DNA from: Eledone cirrhosa
Lineage: Eukaryota
DNA: 64,000 nt
Direction: 5' to 3'
Assembly: GCA_964016885.1 (NCBI GenBank)
Contig: OZ024740.1
Span: forward strand, 148,924,001-148,988,000
How positions within the stretch are numbered: the stretch's first letter is position 1; the number at the start of each line of letters is the position of its first letter. Positions 55,745 to 64,000 of this stretch are shown here, one piece after another. Below the pieces are notes generated by a model. That model searched no databases and was not told where the DNA came from. It saw only the letters and a program-made list of their open reading frames with translations. A program made the position numbers and the translations under genes.

Positions 55745-56040
55745 TAAAATAACAGATTAAAGTTTAAGCAAAGAATCGCTGCTTTCACCCTTAACGGGAT
55801 CTCATGAAATTAAGAAAATAAATATGTGAACGCAGAAGTAAATATTTACTTCTGCGTTCACAGATTGATTTTTTTAGTTCCAGAAGATCCCGTTAAGGGT
55901 GAAAGCAGCGATTCGTTCCTTAAATTTTAATCTGTTATTTTAATAAATATTTGCTCTAGGGTTCTTATATATTGGATATATATATATCCTAATCGAGCCC
56001 TCTTTGGATTATAGTCTTCAAATTTATTATTATTACCATA
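55741..56040. mobile_element. Short fold-back (TA)n-inserted repeat family (other copies 23170-23310, 33665-33835, 58078-58295, 62288-62410)
   Basis: Shared ttattaaaataacagattaaagtttaagcaaagaatcgctg head and gagccctctttggattttagtcttcaaatttattattattac tail (the 62288 copy lacks the tail). The turn-around point differs between copies. Confidence 0.8.
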
Positions 56041-56094
56041 TATATATATATATATACGTATTTGATTGACCCTGCTAGTGAGCTGTTACTTCAG

Positions 56095-56170
<76 letters not shown>

Positions 56171-56666
56171 AGTGTAACTTGGAGTTACTGCATGTTCAAC
56201 CGGGTGAGCACACGATGTTTAGGTTCGCTTCTGTGTTGAGGTGTAGAGCTATACAGAGTGTAATATATTGAAAGAATAACAAGGACGATTGGTTACTCCT
56301 TCATTACATTTATTGGTAGGCGACGCGCATTTCGCCACTGATCAGCTCAAGGTTCGATCTGTATCGATCTTACCCGACTCTATAATCGGCAGCTCGGCGG
56401 ACCCTTTAAAATGCTAGTAGAAAATGAATACATGCTATATGATAAAGTCAGAAGTTCATATATTGGTCAACATGAATTGTTTATATATATATAAATTAAA
56501 AGGAGTTATGACGGAGCTACTTCACCACAATTGCTTTATTGCATGATATATATTTCTGTTACATGCTCAGGCAATCATATATGTACTTTTGCAATCATGG
56601 GGATATGTTGATTGTCATGTATTACTATACAGTTGTGATGTCACCAGTATATATGTATATATATAC

Positions 56667-56741
<75 letters not shown>

Positions 56742-57165
56742 ACCTGTTTCATGGTCGGGTCGTCGGCGTAAACCGAAAGTACTAAACCGGCAACCCCACC
56801 AAGCTTGCTTGGTGGGGTTGCCGGTTTAGTACTTTTTTTTTGTTTCGCGTGGGATTGAAAGGCCCCCAGTCGTTGTCACAACACTTTTGTAAGGGAGGGA
56901 AACTCTGAAAGAAAACCTGCGGCTTCAGGAGCATCTGATGATGTTGACCGGTTCTCCTTTTCGGGTAGTGTTTTCGATGCTCAGAGAGTGGGATTAGTCG
57001 AATGCAAGGGCTTTCCTCTCTTGAAAAAACATTCAAAGAACAGGCATTGCTTGTTCAGGGGGGGGGGGGTCTGTTACGGGATCGTGTAGCTGGCCGTAGC
57101 CTAAAAGTGCAACGAACTCTGTAATCTGACAAGCAATTGCAATACTCTTAGCAGAGTTCGCAGCC

Positions 57166-57196
<31 letters not shown>

Positions 57197-57237
57197 CAAA
57201 ACATAAGTCAATTGCATGAACTCATAATACTTTATTT

Positions 57238-57293
57238 ACTGCTATATAAATTTCGATGATAGCCATTGAATGGCTATGACCTCATCAGGCAGT
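57238..57293 (-). ncRNA. Hammerhead ribozyme (mutated mirror copy at 60024-60079 +)
   Basis: actgc-CTGATGA-ggtcatagcca ttcaa tggctatcatc-GAAA-tttata-TA^-gcagt. Related to the 2974 family. Confidence 0.75.
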
Positions 57294-57373
57294 TAGTCAG
57301 TTCTTAGATATGCCAGCTCTGTGTTTATGGTGTTGATGGTATCAGAGCCTTGGGACATATATATATATATATA

Positions 57374-58072
57374 CTAGCAGTGTATCCCGGCGTTGCATGG
57401 GTAAGAACATTAGTAATAGCACCTCCAATGAGAAACGATTATTTGTGAGTGCCTGTTAAAAACTCACGAAAATATACCGACAGGAAACTTGTATTATTTG
57501 GAGAAAATTAAGAAGTTGAAAGTACAGTTTAGCTGTCTACGTGCATTGTTCATAGAAATATTGTTGAGCCCCTTCTTTTCATACTCCCTGTTTTGGCCTA
57601 TTGGAGTAAATGTGAAAGAGAAAGTCACAGGTTAAGTTGGCAGAAGGTTCCAGTGCCATAGCAGTAAGGCGTAGGCTACTTACCTCAAAAGTTCATTCAC
57701 ACTCTTTCCACTAAGTTACTCTTTCTCTCTATCCCTCTCGGTGCAGTCCCTTGCGAATTTCTCGCGTAAGCCTGGTGTAGATTTGCACCCGATCCATCTG
57801 CCCGATGCACATGTCCACTTTGTACGGCTTTTGGAGAGAGGAGTGACAAGCAGTACGTTGTTCGGTATTATTACGAAAAGGTGCAGCACAGAATCATGCG
57901 TGAAGTAACAGCACGGGAGGAAACTGCTTACCTCGAAGATTCATTCGCCATCGTTCTTGTCAACGCTCCGTTTAGTTGGTATTTGTTGGTCTACAGTTAG
58001 ATGAATGGCGCACAAAGGATTAATGTTTATTAGCAAGAAGGGGCAACTGGACTGGCTTGCCTCGCTTATATG
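57374..58072 (-). mobile_element. Non-autonomous Helitron-like element, copy 1
   Basis: The minus-strand 3' end reads CCC(A/G)TGCAACGCCGGG-atacactg-CTAG|T. Repeated at 61537-62282. Confidence 0.65.
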
Positions 58073-58292
58073 ATATATTAAAATAACAGATTAAAGTTTA
58101 AGCAAAGAATCGCTGCTTTCATCCTTAACGGGATCTTATGAAACTAAAAAAAAACAATCTGTGAACGCGGAAGTAAATATTTCGAAAAACGTTGCAACCG
58201 AGGGGATATTTGCTCTAGGTTTCTTATATATTTGATATATATTTATCCTTATCGAACCCTCTTTGGATTTTAGTCTTCATATTTATTATTAT

Positions 58293-58359
<67 letters not shown>

Positions 58360-58362
58360 ATA

Positions 58363-58430
<68 letters not shown>

Positions 58431-58433
<3 letters not shown>

Positions 58434-60120
58434 CAAGAAAGTGTTGGTAAAACCCAGTATTTCAGTATACGGATAGGGACCACTCAACGAAGATATAAGT
58501 TCCGGAGTTATAATAGTGACGAAACATATGTCAATCGCATTGAGGGGTCTTTTCAAGAAGCTAAAAGTTGAAAAGACCCCGCACTCTCTGGTCTGGTCCG
58601 TGGTTAGAAAGGTTCCTCCAGACAGAGGTGGGTCTGGTATTTGCAACCTCTGTCTTAGTGAGACACTCGAGATACTTCATGGCGGAACCAAGCTATTAAA
58701 CAGAAGGGCCGACTTATTCGGCGCCTGCAGACACCTAAGGACGGGAACTTTCCTCAAGCTATATGGATAAACCCCGGTTATGGCCTGCCACAACGCCCAC
58801 CTCCCCTGTAGGTCCCCTACACTCCGTTCCAATGACCAATGGGCAACAACACCCACCCATAGTTTGTGGTCCCTACGGTGGATTGTCCACCGGATCCTCT
58901 ACTGGTTAGGAATCAGCAAAACCACGTTTATTGAACCTGAGGACCCCCCGGGAGTGGTCCGCACAGGAAGAACAATTATCCTAAGTTACTAACCCTATAC
59001 GCATGAATGAGTGCCCGCAACCGTGCGTTGTGTGTCTATACTGGGATTACGTGAATGTACACACTTATGTGAACGCAACGAAATACTAATACCTCAGGTT
59101 GCATTTGAAAAATGTTCGAGTGTATGCTTAAGATTATATTTGTATAAGCTCTCTTGTATGAGTGCACATGTGTATATAGACCTACACACGCATCCAGATG
59201 TATACAAGTGTGGGTGGGTGCGTGTACCTGTATATGTCTGTACTGAGGGATTCGCCTAAGCTCCAAAGCCCCTAAGATATTGCTATGAAGATATATATCA
59301 CACTCTACTTTTGTCTAGTCTAAACAATAACTTTTCCAAACACCCACTTTACCTTTCTTTAAAATAACACCCACCTCGTTTTATGTCTGCGTACATACAT
59401 ATATATACACACCTGTATGGATTTGTGTGTGTAGATGTGTGTGTGCGTGTGAGTCTGTGGGCGTAGGTGTGAGTGTATGTACATGTCAACCAATATAAGT
59501 CTTTTTATTTGTAAACTTTCTAAGTATTTGACTCTAACCATAATTTTCAGTATTACCACCACACATAAATTCCTCAATTTGTATGTGTGGATGTGTGTGT
59601 GTGGGTGTGAGTGTATGTGCAAGTCAACCAGCATAAGTCTTTTCATATGTAAACTTTCTCGTATTCGACTCTAACCATAATTTCAGTAGTACCACCCCAC
59701 ATAAATTGCTCAATTTAAGCATGACCTGTAGTATCGAATTTCATACTATAAACCTCAATTGAAAATATATCTGACCAGGAATGCTTTTTGTGAAAATCAG
59801 TCATATGGAACTATTGTCATCTTGCCTGACAGTTTGAAATTTACAACACCACCTGCCTCTTTGAGGTCAAATACCAACCCTACTAGCATCTAAAAACTGA
59901 CCAATGAAAATTAAGATTATTCCTGCTGACTACATTAAATTATCCCTAACCAGCTCATATGTCCCAAGACTCTGAAACCATCAACACCAAAAACACAGAG
60001 CTGGCATATCTAAGAACTGACTAACTGCCTGAGGAGGTCATAGCAATTCAATGGCTATCATCAAAATATATATAGCAGTAAATAAAGGATTATGAGTTCA
60101 TGCAATTGAGTTATATTTTG

Positions 60121-60125
<5 letters not shown>
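58431..60125 (+). mobile_element. 3' fragment of a third (Naiad-like) PLE: frameshifted GIY-YIG, 3' UTR and pLTR
   Basis: RIGTTQRRYKFR, then LVWSVV...GICNLCLSETLEIL...LLNRRADLFGACRH (58516-58770). The terminal segment 59953-60125 has an inverted copy at 57193-57355. Bounded by (TA)n. Confidence 0.7.
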
Positions 60126-60171
<46 letters not shown>

Positions 60172-60175
<4 letters not shown>

Positions 60176-61137
60176 CGTTTCTGAATTTGTTTAGCAAGAT
60201 TCTTTATCTGAAAACGTGTGTTGAAACCGATATTGTTATACTTTGGGAGGGTCATGTTGCCAATAAGAAACACACGCACCAGTTGCTTTCACTTCAATTT
60301 ATTATAATAAATTTATAAATTTAGGAATTTATAAATTTCCAGTTGGTTGGTTGGTTGGTTCAACAACCAGATGTCAAAGTTCTTTCGTCACATATTCTGT
60401 GACCTCTTCAGTGACTGGGGATTCTTTCCTTTGTTTTTTTGTTTTTTGTGCCTCTCCTTGGTAGAGTACAGATGATTCTTTACTATCTTGAAGGTCTCGC
60501 CAGTGTTCATTTATGAACACTGGCGAGACCTTCAAGATAGTAAAGAATCATCTGTACTCTACCAACATGCTAAAATAAAACATAAGGGTAAATTAGAGAA
60601 CATAGAAATAAAAATAGAATCTACACACAGAAAAGACGCAATGTTTAGACAAATCACAGAGGCAATAAACATAAATGAATTACAACCAAAATTAAATACA
60701 AAATATGAGTGGAACAGCAACATCACAACTTACAATTAAGGACAAAATGAAAACACACACGCACATAGAACAAACAACCAACCAGTAACATATAAATAAA
60801 CAAATAAATAAACGAATATAAACACACACAGACACCGGGATGTAACACATGCGCAAACTAAGCACACAACACACACACAAAAACAAGATGGCGTAGGACA
60901 GAACAAAGGAGAGGGACAAAAAACCAAAGAAAAGAATCCCTAGTCACTGAAGAGGTCACAGAATGTGTGACGAAAGAACTTTGACAATATATAAACAACC
61001 ATATGGTTGTGGAACCAACCAACCAACCGGAAATTTATAAATTCCTAAATTTATAAATTTATTATAATAAATTGAAGTGAAAGCAACTGGTGCGTGTGTT
61101 TCTTATTGGCAACATGACCCTCCCAAAGTATAACAAT
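60172..61137 (+). mobile_element. PLE family B fragment with inverted pLTR and fold-back junction
   Basis: 60172-60460 is the reverse complement of the 3' UTR. A ~50-bp-arm palindrome is centred near 60511. Then EHWRDLQDSKESSVLYQHAKIKHKG...RQITEAININELQPKLNTKYEWN and the 3' UTR. Flanked by (TA)n on both sides. Confidence 0.8.
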
Positions 61138-61291
61138 ATATATATATATAATTAAAAGATTAACAAGATTCATAGAATTCATCAATGAATAAAGTTTCAC
61201 AATAGATTATAAGCACTCTACAAGGGGTTTTCTGGAGTTATTAATATTACTTCAAAATATTAATAAATATAGTCATTCATGTGATCAAATA

Positions 61292-61357
61292 TATTTTATT
61301 ATACATATTTCAGAGATACTGAGCTATTTCAACAGTACGTCCTCATCAGATAAAATA
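61292..61357 (-). ncRNA. Hammerhead ribozyme in a divergent PLE pLTR relic (about 61150-61440)
   Basis: tattttat-CTGATGA-ggac gtactg...cagtat ctct-GAAA-TATGTA-TA^-ataaaata, with a perfect 8-bp stem I. Confidence 0.75.
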
Positions 61358-61536
61358 AGTTGATGCCTGACATACCTTGACTATGTTGATGGTTATAATT
61401 TAGTCATGCCATGAAGATAGCAAATTTGACTTTTATCTCATTTCTTCTGATTACCGAATGTTGTAGCTGGCGCATTACTCCACCGGCTTCAGCATGCTTG
61501 CACTTAACTTAGCCTCCTGACCAGAGTTATACAATA

Positions 61537-62282
61537 CTAGCAGTGTATCCCGGCGTTGCACGGGTAACAACGTTGGTAATAGCACCTTCAGTGAGAAACG
61601 TTTATTTGTGAGTGCCTGTTAAAAACTCACGAAAATATACCGACAGGAAACTTTTTTTATTTTGAAAAAAATTAAGAAGTTGAAAGTACAGTTTAGCTGT
61701 CTACGTGCATTGTTCATAGAAATATTGTTGAGCCCCTTCTTTTCATACTCCTCTGTTTTGGCCTTTTGGAGTAAATGTAAAAGAGAAAGTCACAGGTTAA
61801 GTTGGCAGAAGGTTTCAATGCCATAGCAGTAAGGCGTAGGCTACTTATCTCAAAAGTTCATTCGCACTCTTGTCACTAAGTTACTCTTTCTCTCTATCCC
61901 TCTCGGTGCAGTTCCTTGCGAATTTATCGCGTAGCTCTCTATCCCTCTCAGTGCAGTCCCTTGCGAATTTCTCGCGTAAGCCTGGTGTAGATTTGCACCC
62001 GATCCATCTGCCCGATGCACCATGTCCGCTTAATACGGCTTTTGGAGGAAGGAGTGACCAGCAGTTCGTTGTTCGGTATTATTACGAAGAGGTGTAGCAG
62101 AGAATCCCGCGTACACTAACAGCTCTTTAGGAAACTGCTTACCTCGAAGATTCATTCGCCATCGTTCTTGTCAACCCTCCGTTTAGTTGGTATTTGTTGG
62201 TCTACAGTTAGATGAACGGCGCACAAAGGGTTAATGTTTACTGGCAAGAAGTGGCAACTGGGCTGGCTTGCCTCGCTTATAT
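61537..62282 (-). mobile_element. Non-autonomous Helitron-like element, copy 2
   Basis: Direct repeat of 57374-58072 with an intact CCCG..CGGG hairpin and terminal CTAG. Has a short internal duplication near 61890-61978. Confidence 0.65.
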
Positions 62283-62714
62283 TATATATTAAAATAACAG
62301 ATTAAAGTTTAAGCAAAGAATCGCTGCTTTCACCCTTAACGGGATCTTCTGAAACTAATAAAATCAATCTGTAAACTCAGAAGTAAATATTTCGAAAAAC
62401 GTTGCAGCCGAAGGAAAACAGGAAGACGATACTTTGGTTCGTGAAGACGTTCCCTGACAATGAACGGAAAATAGCAAACATAATACGTCATCAGTGTTTG
62501 TCATAATGTCGTAACTCAGACAGCCAGGCATACAGACAGATATTATAAGAGCGCGTCGGAGATCGATAACCGGCGGCTAACACCACTTTAACAACAAAAA
62601 ATTGAAAAATAAAAGCTGCAGTTAATATCTTTAGACCGCACGGAATATATAAATGCAAGGTTGAAGTCAATCGGAGTAGAAATGTGGATTTGTATAGTCT
62701 TTGCAAAAATGAGG

Positions 62715-62844
<130 letters not shown>

Positions 62845-64000
62845 CTACAGTTGATTAATTACAAATTAAATATTTTATCAAAACTATAATTTAATATTAT
62901 AAATATAATTCATTGTAATAATTCTAAAATCATTATAATAGAAATTCGTTAATAAATGCCTTCAAATTAGCAATATCGCAATTTTCTGGAGGTACAAAGA
63001 CAAATACCTCCAAGTATGCCGCATGTTATAATCTTATTGCACCCTGTCTTGAATTGGCTGTGATATGAATATTATGTCGAGCATTTGACATTTCATTAAC
63101 TATTATGATTCACTTTTCCGTACAACTTCGTTAAGAATATAATTTGCTAAGCATGATTTAATGATGTAAATGTCATGATAGAACACCTCGTTTCTCATCT
63201 CAGGAATGCATTCAACCATTCAGCCACTCAACCTGTATATAAGAAATTTATTTTGTAATTATACTTATTTAAAGCTTGTCCACTCATCTTAAGATATACT
63301 TGTTCCATGCATGAGCACGTAAGTGGTTCTAGAGCACCGATAGCTGTTTCATATTTCCATAACAAGCAGTGCAAATGTATCCCACCTCACGTATCACGTG
63401 GCACACTATTGTTTGTTTTGTCTGGTGAGTGGATATTTAAATGTCATTTTAGAAAGACGTGGCACTGACATGACTTACAAAAAATATGGCATATTAACGT
63501 GTCTGCTACAATGACGTTTGTGTAATTTGGAACTGTATGAAAATGAGTTATGAGATGTGAGGTGAAGTCAGCTTTAGAAAAGCAAATTTTACCCCTTATT
63601 CATCAGTTGAAGGATGTATCGATTTCTATATTTAGCAGTGTTGTTTTTCCGTAACTCGCTTTTAACTTTTGCACAAGTTCGTTTGTTTTCTTCAAAATCT
63701 ATTACCCCAAACAGGTTATTTTGTCTCCATTTATTTCTGTCAAGAACAATAGATCCATCACATTTGTATTGTATATTAAACTCTTTACTTAAGACTAGAC
63801 GTAGCAAGTATTTAAAATGTGTTTTTTGCAGTTTTCCCTTCCCAACAGAAAGTTCACCCTAAAACACTGCGTAGGAATGAACTCACCCCACCCCCACCCC
63901 TTCCCATCCATATTATGAGTCTCGTCCATATCAGTTGTTTGGAAACAAGCATAGATTCCAGCTCTTTCTAAAACCTCTAAATGGGATAAACGCTTCCCAG

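Noticed and set aside
55878-55915. Hammerhead in the fold-back family (CAGAAGA-tcccgttaagggt-GAAA)
   Set aside because: The core varies between copies, and there is no stem III/UH or stem I closure.

Overview
AT-rich, microsatellite-saturated eukaryotic (metazoan) DNA. The SINE family and (TA)n density look like an octopus/cephalopod genome; this is an inference. The only host gene I can support is the last three coding exons of an SLCO/OATP organic anion transporter (+ strand: 5904-6070, 18275-18339, 19899-20200). Nearly everything else is repeat. This includes a 5'-truncated Penelope-like element (PLE; RT + GIY-YIG, Naiad-like) inside the SLCO intron, fragments of two other PLE families, decayed RTE, R4/Dong and Vingi/Ingi LINEs, tRNA-derived SINEs, Helitron-like elements and a long-TIR element. 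The most striking feature is a dense population of short non-coding modules in or beside (TA)n tracts. They are built as fold-back palindromes and/or partial tandem repeats. By eye, they carry about 18 type-I hammerhead ribozyme motifs from about 8 sequence families, most with a family-specific (near-)palindromic stem III. One has a U3-A8 compensatory core variant in a 317-nt retrozyme-like tandem unit. All structures were read by eye, not computed, and repeat boundaries are approximate.
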